64,000 nucleotides of DNA from Hyaloraphidium curvatum SAG 235-1 (lineage: Eukaryota; Fungi; Monoblepharomycota): the NCBI GenBank assembly GCA_025558095.1, contig JAIVFI010000017.1:124001-188000 (forward strand), in the 5' to 3' direction. The notes under the pieces were generated by a model. The model did not search any database and was not told the origin of the DNA. It saw nothing but the letters and a program-made list of their open reading frames with translations. Numbering within the stretch: the stretch's first letter is position 1; every line of letters starts with the position of its first letter. Positions 12,900-25,248 of this stretch are shown one piece after another. The position numbers and the translations under genes were made by a program.

Positions 12900-15067
12900 T
12901 TTTTTTGAAGGAAGAAGAATAGAATAGTATTGGTGACCCGGACCTGCCCCTGGCTTGGCCGCTGTTACACCATGAGTTTGCTGCTAATTGCAAAGTTCAT
13001 CGTCGTCGTGTGTCTTTTTCATTTTCCCAGTTTTCCTGTCCTTCATGGACTTTGAGATGAAGCTGGCAATGGAGTTGAGGGCCTTCTCCTTCTGCCGCCT
13101 CGCTTTGATCGTGGGCTCGAACTCCTTGATGCTAAGAGCCCAGAGCCAGGTCTCCATGTTCCACTCGCGGCCTAGTGCTTCCAATCTAGTCTGCAGCTTC
13201 TGGCGCCGCTCCACATTTGCTGAACAGTGAAACGGAAAGTGTTGTTCGTCTCCAATGTGCTCAGGGTCATGCTTGCACGTTCTCTGCTGCACCTCAAGTC
13301 CTTGGTGCCTGCCTGTCTCCACCTCCAGGTCGTGGGTAGAGCACAGCAGCTTTTGGACATCCCTCCGGTGCTTCTCCACCCGGATCAGGGATGGTCCGAT
13401 GTGGCCAAAGGTCATGTCACACATCCTCCAAAAGTGCAGTTTGTCGTTGTCCTTGAGCCTCTGGGCATTGATCTCCCTGAACTTGCCCTTCACAAGATTC
13501 TCCACAGTCTCCTTGGGCCATGAGAAAGTGTCCTTCTCCCACATCTCCTTCCCATCTTCGCCGCCATAGTATACAAGCAGTTCCCTCAGGAAGGCAGCCC
13601 AGTTCCAGGACCCCTTCAGTGCCTCGATCTTGAGCTCTTTGTAAAGTAGGTACAGCGCAGGATCCGCTGTTTTGATGCGCATGAGGAACTTGAGTGCCGA
13701 CTAGTGGTCATGAACTGCAAGGGGGTACTGGCCAATGATCGCATACAGACAGGCCAGGGAGGTAGACTTGGGCAGATGAGTGACGGCACGAAGAGCCATG
13801 CATGTCACTTTGTCCCTGGTGCTTTCCCCGGCAAGGTACTCCTCCTTCGGCATCTCAACAATGAATGGGTTCCCATATTGGCCCACTGCCTTGACCTTTG
13901 TGTTGTAGAGCTTGAGCTGGAGGTCAGGACTCATCCCAGGCTGCTCCCTGATGTCACGGAGCCAGAGCCCATAAGCAGCGTTCATCTTGGCCTCTCTGCC
14001 ATGCACATGGTCCTTGCTCCGGCCGGTTGAGGTCAGCTGATACCCCAGAAGCTTGAAGCTGTCAACCCTCTTCAGCTCCTGGTCCCTGTACATGAGCTTT
14101 ACACGGTGAGGTATCCGCCTGGCCATCCACTCTGTCTTGCTGACGTTGATCTCCAGCCCATTGGCACTGGCATATGCAGACAGAAGATCCAGCTGCATCT
14201 TGGCATCCTTCACCGTCTTCGAGATCAAAGTGGTGTCGTCTGCAAAGAACAGAGCCAGTGTCACAGCCAGCAAGCTGACCATCCTCTCCTGATCCTCTTC
14301 CTCCTCAGACACCATGCCCAGATCCATCCCTTTTGCACTATTGGCCTCCATGAAAGCAGTGATGTCGTTGATGAACAAGACGAAGAACAGCGATGAGAGA
14401 GGGTCCCCCTGCTTCACTCCGGTCAGGAACTTGATGAAGTCTGACTTGGTCCCGTCTTCATCCCGGAGCCATCCCCACACGCGCCCGAACGCCATCTCGA
14501 ACATGTCAACAACCTGTTTGGGTACACCCATCTCCTCCAGTTTCTGCCATAACCTGGGGCGCTCCACCGTGTCAAAAGCCTTTGTGAAGTCTACAAAGAC
14601 CATGATCAGCTTCTCCTTGCGTGCCTTGGCCAGGGAGAAGAGTGCCTCGGCAAGGAACACTGCATGAAGGGTCGATCTCCGTGCACGGAATCCAAACTGC
14701 GAGCCTTCCAGGAGCTTGTTGCACTCAGCCCAGGGAGCTAGCCGAGCGTTCCAGACCAGGGAGAAGACCTTCTCCAGCGTCCTCTCTATGCTGATGCCTC
14801 GGTAGTTGCCAGCCACGTTCTTGGGCCCCTTCTTGTGCAGCATCACCAGCAGTGTCTGGCCCCAGTCATCCATCTTGACGCCATTGAGCACGTCGTTGAG
14901 GAGGTTGACAACAGCTTGCTTCAGTACTGCAGTCCCGTACTTGACGAACTCGAGCCGGATCCCATCCTCGTCCTTTGCCTTGCCGTTGGGGGCCTTCTTC
15001 AAGACCCTCTCCAGCTCCTTGAGGGTGATGGGGCGCAGCAGGTCTCCAGAAGGCGTGATCGTGGCCT
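12900..15067 (-). mobile_element. 5'-truncated LINE copy (RT + C-terminal domain + 3' tail)
   Basis: Near-identical to 21203-23340 in reverse; nonsense codon at 13701; 3' tail CACCAATAC(TATTC)2TTCTTCCTTCA(n). Confidence 0.95.
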
Positions 15068-15097
15068 CTCCTCAAGAGCAACAACAGGCCTCAGCAC

Positions 15098-15928
15098 ATG
15101 AAGGAAGGAGAGTTCGAGATCGCTGTCAGCCAGGCAAAGGGGTACCTGCAGATGCTCACGGACCCAAGCTGGCACAAGGACATTGAGAGCCGCACCCCGG
15201 CCGACTTCTGGACGTGGATACAGCAGAGATGCCAACAACTCAATCCGAATGAATGCCACATGGCAAAGTCCAAGATTCAGCTCTGGGAGTGGAACCCGAA
15301 ATTCGATTCCGAAGCGACCGCGAAGGACTTCCTGGAGAAGGTCCAAATGGCGGAAATCGTCGGATCCCCCGTTTCAGACAAGGGACAGCTCGACATCCTT
15401 CTTGACGCGCAGACGCGTGTCCCCGTCAAGTACATGTACCAGCTGCAGACCCTCTCCACGACAAGGATGAAGGTACCGGGCGCGTTCGACGCGAACGAAA
15501 AGAATGCCGCGGGCGACTGCACAGCGAAGGCCCTCTTCGACGAGATACACCAAGCAGACGAACGAATGAAGCTCGAGAAACGCGAAGATGCGTCCGATCA
15601 GCAGCGCGAAAGGTTTGGATTCGTTGCTCAAGGCGGACCAGAACGCGGGCACGGAGGCTTCCGCGGCGCGTACCGTGGCACGCGTGCCAACGAGCGAGGC
15701 GAACGATGCCTGTCACCCTACTTCAACGGCAATTGCTACAACTGCGGGAAGCCGGGCCATCGCGCGGTGGACTGCTGGAGTGCCCCGGCCGGGAATAGGG
15801 GCCGTGGCACCCGCTACCGCCTCACCAACTCAACCGGGAGGCAGTTCATGGCCGAGATGGTTGGTGGCACAGAGGATGGAGACGAGAAGAGGCAGACTGA
15901 TGGTGGGTTTGGCCATGACCAGGCGTGA
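15098..15928 (+). mobile_element. gag-like fragment with CCHC zinc knuckle (LTR retrotransposon remnant, probably Ty1/copia type)
   Basis: CYNCGKPGHRAVDC knuckle preceded by RGG-rich stretch; no pol found. Confidence 0.65.
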
Positions 15929-16279
15929 GAATGGAGAGGCATGTGGAACATGAGCTGCATAGAGATGCAAGCTCCAAAAGCAATTGAAGTGATGGCATCA
16001 AAGACCCCTGGTCACAGGTGCCCAGAGACAGGTGCGGATGAGACAGGTGGCGTTCCTGGTGTTTGTTGTGTTATTCCCCCTCCTAAGCGACCGCTTCCTA
16101 GGCAATTGCTAGCCAGAAAACATCCGCCCATCCAAGTGTTGGAATGGATTGTTGCTACGATTCTGTATCAATAGGGAGTCTATTGGCGTGTGGGGATACT
16201 TGGGTACGACCGGAGGGGTCATCTAGGGACTTGTCATCGCAAGGGAATGGACAACGGGTCAACGTGAAACTGTCCCTCT

Positions 16280-17653
16280 CGTCGAGAATGGAGGAGCGGA
16301 TCAAATTGCGAAGCTCGCGGACGGGATGCGCGACATGCGGTCTCGCCTGGACGCTCAGGAAGCGCTCATTGGAGCCCAGAGCGCGCAGCTTCTAGACGCG
16401 ATGGCGGCGATTCGCGCGCAAGAAGCACGGATAAGCGAGCTGGAGAAGGCCAACCGCAAGTCGGAGGTCCGCCTCGACCGCAAGCTGGACGCGATGAAGG
16501 CACTCACCGACATGGCCAAGGTTCACGACGATAACACGCAGCGGGCCGCGATCGAGACGAAAAAGATCGAGGAAGCGCTTCTGCTCGCCGAAGAAGCGCC
16601 CGCGGGAACGGGGTGGACCACAACTCGGAAGAGGGGCCCGCGGAGGCCGACTACCGCCGCTCCTATCGCTGAGCCGGACCCTTGGGCCGTCGGACCACAA
16701 ACGCCCGAAGAGCGCGATCAAGAGCGTGCCATAAAGGAGACGCTCGTGTGCAAAGGGAGGATCCGCCGGGCGCCCGAAAGTGCGAAGACCGGAGAAGGCG
16801 CCCGTGACCTCCTCAAGCGCTGCGCCCTCGACCTGCCGCACGACCACAAGGACCGTGAGGCGCTCGTTCAGCGGACCGATGCGCTCCGCTCAAGGAGATC
16901 GTGGTGGACAAGTGGTACCTCACGGGAAATCGCACCTTTGACCTCTTGACCAGCTCACGTTCTCGACCAAGGAGGACCGGGAGACGCTCATTCGGCTCAA
17001 CGAGGCTGGAGCCCTGAAGCACCTGGCTGCGTACGCGAGCCGCGAGAAGACGTGGATGCAGAAGAACCGGTCTACTGCGCAGTACCACCTGGTCCAACAG
17101 ATGGAGAAGGATGGGATTCCCTTCCGCCGCGACGGCCCGAAGATCGTCTACACGCCGCCGGAAACAGGCCTGGAAACGACGCTCACCATGGAAAAGATTG
17201 AAGCAAAGTCGCGCGAGCTTTGGGAGACGCGCCAGACTGCACGCGCGAACGCTGGAGAGCGTCTTGCGCGCGGCTAGGAAAGCGAGACTCGGACATGCCT
17301 CAAGATACTGTACCAAAACGTCGAGCGGAAGCTCGAGAAGAGCCTCTTTATACGTGAGCTGCTGCTACACATTGTAGAGTACGATATCGTCGTTTTCGCT
17401 GAAGCAAGGTGGACGGGCAAAGGCGAGAAGCGGACTTGGGAGGAGCATATGAGCAACAACGACATCCGCGCAGAGGTTGCCGCGGTACTGGAAACGTTCG
17501 AGGTTTATGAGAAGAGCTGCTCGGAGCATGGTGGAGGAGGGTTGACGGTCTTTGTGCGAAAGGAGCTACCGCACACCGTACGGACAGACTTGGACCCGAT
17601 CCTGGACGTCGTGCAGATCCAAGTCGGCGGAGTGAACGTGCTGGGGGCGTACA
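16280..17653 (+). mobile_element. LINE fragment: most of ORF1 (frameshifted) + start of APE endonuclease
   Basis: 16280-16347 and 17097-17653 duplicate 19518-19585 and 19589-20145; coiled-coil ORF1; identity stops abruptly after GGCGTACA at 17653. Confidence 0.9.
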
Positions 17654-19101
17654 TGCATACGGTTGTTGAGCGACACCCATTGGGTGGCTTTATGCGAGGC
17701 ATGTCTCTGCATGAGATGGTCAGCTTGTCACGCAACGAGCCACTGAAACGGGCATCCGGTCTTTCTGCAAAGGCAAAGCGCCCTGTGTCTTTGGATGCAT
17801 CAGCAAACATGGGTCCCATCATGGAAGACGACACTGACGAAACAGTGCTACCTGAAGGGGAAGACAAGGGACTGACTGACCAGGAACTGCAGGCATACCG
17901 TGATTTTCCTGCTGGGGGGCCTTCAAGCACAAAATATCCTCGTGACATCTACAGAGAAGGACATCCCTTGCAAAGGCTGAAGGGACGGGTTCTGTTCACC
18001 ACCCCTCACGCCGTAAGTTACAAGAAGGGAGGCTTTGGGCGCAGGAACGTCACCACCAATCGCGAAAAGGAGGCAAAATTCAAACTCCTGTGCTTTGTTG
18101 GCGGCATTGAGACTGTACAAGACTTTTTGGTGGACCGGGCAACGGGCTTCATTGCAACCACGTATGAGGAAGCCTGGAACTATCACTGGAACCGGACTGT
18201 GAAGCACAATCCCCTGCTGAAGAGGTGGTTGGACAATTTCGACGACTTTTTGCGCTGGACAGCCAAGGCAGATGCTCGGCAGCGAGGAGAGGAAGCAGAA
18301 GATAGCGATGATGAGGACGATGATGGGCTGGATCCTGGAGAGGATCCTGAGGGAATCGAGTCTGCAGGTGGTTTGCAAGAGGCAGGCTTTGGTGATGGCT
18401 ATGAAGGGCCAAGAGGTTCAACGGGCTCGGACCGGCGCAATCCCAACTACGTCACGGAGCTGGAGGCCATTTTTGGGGAAGGAAACCTTGGGGCCGCCAT
18501 AGATCACTTGCGAGCGGAGGATGGAATTGAAGTGGGCGAGCAGGAGTCCCAGGCACACTTGGCTGCACTCAAAGACCAGGTGCATGCTGCTTCCAGGTGG
18601 CCAGCAGACAAACACGCAACAACTGTGAAGCCCAGGCCGACCAAAGAGGACGCCGCGTTTCCTTCCTCTGAATTGGGTGCGGAGATTCCCATGGCTACGT
18701 GGAAGAAACAACTGGTTACTGAGAAGAGGACAAAGACCGTAAAAGGGCGCATTGAAGTGGATAATGGTCCCTCGGACAATCAGATGCAGCCCCTGACTCA
18801 GCCGAGCTTGTTACCTGTGGACAGGTCCATGCTCGCAAGTGTGCCCAACCATGTCACACCTGGGGCCTTGGTGATTGATAATCAGGCACAGCATAGCGGT
18901 TCAGGTGCTTCCCTTGGTGCCAATTACGATGTGGACAGAGGTGGTCTGGTGGAAGAGACCATGGAGAGCCTGGGAAGGTGGCTTCGAGATCCGTGTGCTG
19001 CTGGTGACCCAGAGGAGATGGAACGCAAATCCCGGTTGCTGCTGAGGAAAGTGATGGATCACTACGACCTCAACAAGGAGCAACGGTATGCAGTGGCCAT
19101 C
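17654..19101 (+). mobile_element. PIF1-helicase element (Helitron-like), segment upstream of LINE insertion
   Basis: Open frame ending DHYDLNKEQRYAVAI, the LNxEQ motif that precedes Walker A in PIF1 helicases; continues at 23341. Confidence 0.72.
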
Positions 19102-22100
19102 AAAGGTAATGCTCATCGTCTCCCCCTAAAGATCATGGCCACGGCTCTGAGGGAGCTCCGGAACGTCCAAAGCGGCTCATTGGGCCGCTTGAGAGTCTTG
19201 GAGCAACCTCTGGGCGCTGCAAGGTCTCGTGCTTCTCAGCGCGACCCCGCGAGCGAGTCTGGCGCGAAGACCCCAGCGCCAGACACACCGCCCCCCCGGG
19301 AACCCTCGCAACCCCCTATACCACCCACCAAACGCATCGGCGGACCACCGCGGGCAACAGCGGGGCCAACGCCCGCCGGTTGTGCCGAGATTCGGGTCGA
19401 CAACACGACGGCGGTTGCGGGACCAAACAACCAACCGCCCCGAATCTCCCCTCAACTACCCGGCTCCGCCCGGCTTCCGACCGTCCGCACTTATGTTCAA
19501 AGGCTGAGCGTCACTCCCGTCGAGAATGGAGGAGCGGATCAAATTGCGAAGCTCGCGGACGGGATGCGCGACATGTAGTCTCGCCCCAGCAGATGGAGAA
19601 GGATGGGATTCCCTTCCGCCGCGACGGCCCGAAGATCGTCTACACGCCGCCGGAAACAGGCCTGGAAACGACGCTCACCATGGAAAAGATCGAAGCAAAG
19701 TCGCGCGAGCTTTGGGAGACGCGCCAGACTGCACCCGCGAACGCTGGAGAGCGTGCTGCGCGCGGCTAGGAAAACGAGACTCGGACATGCCTCAAGATAC
19801 TGTACCAAAACGTCGAGCGGAAGCTCGAGAAGAGCCTCTTTATACGTGAGCTGCTGCTACACATTGTAGAGTACGATATCGTCGTTTTCGCTGAAGCAAG
19901 GTGGACGGGCAAAGGCGAGAAGCGGACTTGGGAGGAGCATATGAGCAACAACGACATCCGCGCAGAGGTTGCCGCGGTACTGGAAACGTTCGAGGTTTAT
20001 GAGAAGAGCTGCTCGGAGCATGGTGGAGGAGGGTTGACGGTCTTTGTGCGAAAGGAGCTACCGCACACCGTACGGACAGACTTGGACCCGATCCTGGACG
20101 TCGTGCAGATCCAAGTCGGCGGAGTGAACGTGCTGGGGGCGTACACACCGCCGACGCCAACGCAGGACATACTCACACAGGACGAGATGTGGTCGAGGTT
20201 CTCAGGGATTGTGGCTGGGTGCGACATGCCGATTGTGATCGGGGACCTGAACGCACATGTGGGGATAAGCGAGGCAAACAGCGACGTGCGTGGCACGAGC
20301 TTGGGAAAGCGTGTAATCCGGTCGGAGCAGCGCACGGATCGGAGGGGGAAACAGCTACTTGCACTGTGCCACGAGGAGGAGCTGGTGATCCTGAATGGGC
20401 GCCTCGAGCCGGGGGCAACAACTCGCGCAGGAAAGGATGGCGAGCGGGACAGCACCTTGGACTACGCAATCGTGCCGCAGAGCCGCTACGGGACGGTCAC
20501 CCACCTTGCATTTGTGAAGGAAGGCTGGGTCGTCACCTCAGACCACATGGCACTGAGCCTGACCATCAAGGCCAACCTTGTGCGACCAGCTGCGAAGGAG
20601 AACAAGCCGCACTGCAAGCCCGTGCCATGCAACTTCCACTTCCTCGCAATAATGCGAAACCTCTACGACGAGCCCTGGGTCAAGGAGGCAATGCAAGAGT
20701 ACGAGCAACTTCAAGCTGGATCCGACAAGTGCAACCGGCTCATCCAGATCATGGCAGCGGTGAACAAGGTCGCGAAGAAGAAGTACGACAAGGTCAGCGT
20801 ACACGAAGAGGCGGACAAGTTCCTCAACGGCTTTGCGGACTCGGCAGAGAGGGCCGAGATCGATCGGAAGCTGTCACGCCTTCTTGAGCTACGATCCCTC
20901 ATGGAGAAGGACGAGTGGAAGAAGGAGTACCAGGGGAAGACGCGGGAGCTGGAGAAGGAGCCGAAGAAGTTGGAGAAGAGGATGCGGAGGGTTGCTGAGC
21001 GAGAGAACTCCAAGCTGCTAGAGCGACTCTTCAGGCGAGAGCCTAAGGGGTACTACCAGCTGCTTGGAAAGGCTCACGCAAGGCGCAAGGGCAACCCCGT
21101 GCCCTTTGCAGAGCTGGTGCGCCACATGGAGATGGTCGCCAGCGCCGAGTACGTGACCAAGATCGAGGAGGATCCAAGGCTCACGTTTCCACCACTTCCC
21201 AAGGCCACGATCACGCCTTCTGGAGACCTGCTGCGCCCCATCACCCTCAAGGAGCTGGAGAGGGTCTTGAAGAAGGCCCCCAACGGCAAGGCAAAGGACG
21301 AGGATGGGATCCGGCTCGAGTTCGTCAAGTACGGGACTGCAGTACTGAAGCAAGCTGTTGTCAACCTCCTCAACGACGTGCTCAATGGCGTCAAGATGGA
21401 TGACTGGGGCCAGACACTGCTGGTGATGCTGCACAAGAAGGGGCCCAAGAACGTGGCTGGCAACTACCGAGGCATCAGCATAGAGAGGACGCTGGAGAAG
21501 GTCTTCTCCCTGGTCTGGAACGCTCGGCTAGCTCCCTGGGCTGAGTGCAACAAGCTGCTGGAAGGCTCGCAGTTTGGATTCCGTGCACGGAGATCGACCC
21601 TTCATGCAGTGTTCCTTGCCGAGGCACTCTTCTCCTTGGCCAAGGCACGCAAGGAGAAGCTGATCATGGTGTTTGTAGACTTCACAAAGGCTTTTGACAC
21701 GGTGGAGCGCCCCAGGTTATGGCAGAAGCTGGAGGAGATGGGAGTACCCAAACAGGCTGTTGACATGTTCGAGATGGCGTTTGGGCGCGTGTGGGGACAG
21801 CTCCGGGATGAAGACGGGACCAAGTCAGACTTCATCAAGTTCCTGACCGGAGTGAAGCAGGGGGACCCTCTCTCGTCGCTGTTCTTCATCTTGTTCATCA
21901 ACGACATCACTGCTTTCATGGAGGCCAATGGTGCAAAAGGGATGGATCTGGGCATGGTGTCTGAGGAGGAAGAGGATCAGGAGAGGATGGTCAGCTTGCT
22001 GGCTCTGTTCTTTGCAGACGACACCACTTTGATCTCGAAGACGGTGAAGGATGCCAAGATGCAGCTGGATCTTTTGTCTGCATATGCCAGTGCCAATGGG

Positions 22101-23340
22101 CTGGAGATCAACGTCAGCAAGACAGAGTGGATGGCCAGGAGGATACCTCACCGTGTAAAGCTCATGTACAGGGACCAGGAGCTGAAGAGGGTCGACAGCT
22201 TCAAGCTTCTGGGGTATCAGCTGACCTCAACCGGCCGGAGCAAGGACCATGTGCATGGCAGAGAGGCCAAGATGAACGCTGCTTATGGGCTCTGGCTCCG
22301 TGACATCAGGGAGCAGCCTGGGATGAGTCCTGACCTCCAGCTCAAGCTCTACAACACAAAGGTCAAGGCAGTGGGCTAATATGGGAACCCGTTCATTGTT
22401 GAGATGCCGAAGGAGGAGTACCTTGCCGGGGAAAGCACCAGGGACAAAGTGACATGCATGGCTCTTCGTGCCGTCACTCATCTGCCCAAGTCTACCTCCC
22501 TGGCCTGTCTGTATGCGATCACTGGCCAGTACCCCCTTGCAGTTCATGACCACGAGTCGGCACTCAAGTTCCTCATGTGCATCAAAACAGCGGATCCTGC
22601 GCTGTACCTACTTTACAAAGAGCTCAAGATCGAGGCACTGAAGGGGTCCTGGAACTGGGCTGCCTTCCTGAGGGAACTACTTGTATACTATGGTGGCGAA
22701 GATGGGAAGGAGATGTGGGAGAAGGACACTGTCTCATGGCCCAAGGAGACTGTGGAGAATCTTGTGAAGGGCAAGTTCAGGGAGATCAATGCCCAGAGGC
22801 TCAAGGACAACGACAAACTGCACTTTTGGAGGATGTGTGACATGACCTTTGGCCACATCGGACCATCCTTGATCCGGGTGGAGAAGCACCGGAGGGATGT
22901 CCAAAAGTTGCTGTGCTCTACCCACGACCTGGAGGTGGAGACAGGCAGGCACCAAGGACGTGAGGTGCAGCAGAGAACGTGCAAGCATGACCCTGAGCAC
23001 ATTGGAGACGAGCAACACTTTCTGTTTCACTGTTCAGCAAATGTGGAGCGGCGCCAGAAGCTGCAGACTAGATTGGAAGCACTAGGCCGCGAGTGGAACA
23101 TGGAGACCTGGCTCTGGGCTCTTAGCATCAAGGAGTTCGAGCCCACGATCAAAGCGAGGCGGCAGAAGGAGAAGGCCCTCAACTCCATTGCCAGCTTCAT
23201 CTCAAAGTCCATGAAGGACAGGAAAACTGGGAAAATGAAAAAGACACACGACGACGATGAACTTTGCAATTAGCAGCAAACTCATGGTGTAACAGCGGCC
23301 AAGCCAGGGGCAGATCCGGGTCACCAATACTATTCTTCTT
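19102..23340 (+). mobile_element. near full-length non-LTR retrotransposon (LINE; ORF1 internally deleted, ORF2 APE-RT with one nonsense codon)
   Basis: APE motifs ILYQNV, DIVVFAE, GDLNAH, STLDY, SDH; RT motifs NYRGIS, QFGFR, DFTKAFD, QGDPLS, FADD; C-terminal HDLEVETGR...C..DEQHFLFHC; TAA at 22377; flanked by CATC duplication (19098-19101/23341-23344); TATTC/TTC tail. Confidence 0.95.
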
Positions 23341-23905
23341 CATCTGGGGAAGGAAGCTGTACCAAAGGCACATTGCTGTGGCCACACGACAGAAGCCACC
23401 TTGTGGGAGTGGTCTGATCCTCTTGGGCCAAGGAGGGTCGGGCAAGACCTTCACAGACAAACCAGTCTATCACATGGCGGACCTCCTGGGAAGGCAAAAC
23501 TGGTTTAGAGCCGCTTCCCCCACCGGCAAAGCTGCCGCTCAAATGCCGGGGCTGTCAGGCACTCTGCACGAGGTGCTAATGCTGAACATCGAAACCAAGG
23601 GGAAAAAGGAGAAGGGCAAGAAGGGCCAGAAGGAGCACTACAAGGCGTGTGTGGACCGCAACATCCACAAGCTGAGGGAAGAGCTACAAGATTGCTGGTT
23701 CTTTGTCTTGGATGAGATGGGAATGGTTGGCCAATTGCTTCTCAGCATCCTGGACTACGCTTTCAAGAAGATCAGGGCAGCTGATTACCCGGACATCCAC
23801 ATCACTGAAATGCCCATGTTTGGAGGCACCCACATCAAGGCCTGCGGCGACTTTTACCAGCTACCACCCGTGGGGGCCGCCTCATTGGCCAAAGCGGCAC
23901 CTGCA
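23341..23905 (+). mobile_element. PIF1-helicase element (Helitron-like), segment downstream of LINE insertion
   Basis: GQGGSGKT (I), ASPTGKAA (Ia), TLHEVL (Ib), VLDEMGMV (II), MFGG, CGDFYQLPPV (III); cut by the next LINE copy. Confidence 0.88.
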
Positions 23906-24869
23906 GAATAGAATAATATTGGTGACCCGGACCTGCCCCTGGCTTGGCCGCTGTTACACCATGAGTTTGCTGCTAATTGCAAAGTTCATCGTCGTCGTGT
24001 GTCTTTTTCATTTTCCCAGTTTTCCTGTCCTTCATGGACTTTGAGATGAAGCTGGCAATGGAGTTGAGGGCCTTCTCCTTCTGCCGCCTCGCTTTGATCG
24101 TGGGCTCGAACTCCTTGATGCTAAGAGCCCAGAGCCAGGTCTCCATGTTCCACTCGCGGCCTAGTGCTTCCAATCTAGTCTGCAGCTTCTGGCGCCGCTC
24201 CACATTTGCTGAACAGTGAAACAGAAAGTGTTGTTCGTCTCCAATGTGCTCAGGGTCATGCTTGCGGAACTTGAGTGCCGACTCGTGGTCATGAACTGCA
24301 AGGGGGTACTGGCCAGTGATCGCATACAGACAGGCCAGGGAGGTAGACTTGGGCAGATGAGTGACAGCACGAAGAGCCATGCATGTCACTTTGTCCCTGG
24401 TTGTAGGCTTTCCCCGGCAAGGTACTCCTCCTTCGGCATCTCCACAATGAACGGGTTCCCATATTGGCCCACTGCCTTGACCTTTGTGTTGTAGAGCTTG
24501 AGCTGGAGGTCAGGACTCATCCCAGGCTGCTCCCTGATGTTGCGGAGCCAGAGCCCATAAGCATAGTGCAGCGTTCATCTTAGTCTCCCTGCCATGCACA
24601 TGGTCCTTGCTCCGCCCAGCAGGTCCGGGTCACCAATACTATTCTAAGTTGATGTGAGCTGGTACCCCAGAAGCTTGAAGCTGTCGACCCTCTTCAGCTC
24701 CTGGCCCCTGTACAGGAGCTTCACACGGTGGGGTATCCTCCTGGCCATCCACTCTGTTTTGCTGACGTTGATCTCCAGCCCATTGGCACTGGCATATGCA
24801 GACAAAAGATCCAGCTGCATCTTGGCATCCTTCACCGTCTTCGAGATCAAAGTGGTGTCGTCTGCAAAG
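23906..24869 (-). mobile_element. 5'-truncated, internally deleted LINE copy
   Basis: 3' tail GAATAGAATAATATTGGTGACCCGG at 23906; ~400 bp deletion near 24265; runs back to the FADD region. Confidence 0.92.
24620..24646 (+). mobile_element. 27-bp extreme 5'-truncated LINE 3' end inserted in the previous copy
   Basis: CAGGTCCGGGTCACCAATACTATTCTA equals the LINE 3' terminus and interrupts CTCCGCCCAG|TTGATG in opposite orientation. Confidence 0.85.
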
Positions 24870-25248
24870 GCTCGGGTGAGAGCAACTGCTATTACCATGG
24901 CCTCAATCTGTTACCTTAGGTGAAAACGGAGGTCAGCAGCATTGTCATCACAAGATCCGTACCTTAGGACTGCATGACGCTAAAGCTGGGTGCACATCAG
25001 CTAATGGATAATTCTTGACAGCAGGGACAAGAATGAACAGCTGTTTCAAGCAACTGCCTTTGCCGACTGCCTCCGAGATGGACAGGAACCACGAGTAACG
25101 GAGCGACCAAGAAAGCAACCCAGAAGCTTTCTCTTCCAAAAGGCACACTTATGTGATCAGGGACAGAAAGCGCTCCGCTAGACCACCTTTCCCTCCACGA
25201 CGTTGTCCCCGCCTTGCCCACGCGACCAGCCGGCTGGTTAAGACGAGC

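Noticed and set aside
16071-16150. Possible polypurine tract and TGTTGG LTR start near the gag fragment
   Set aside because: Orientations inconsistent, no second LTR and no primer-binding site
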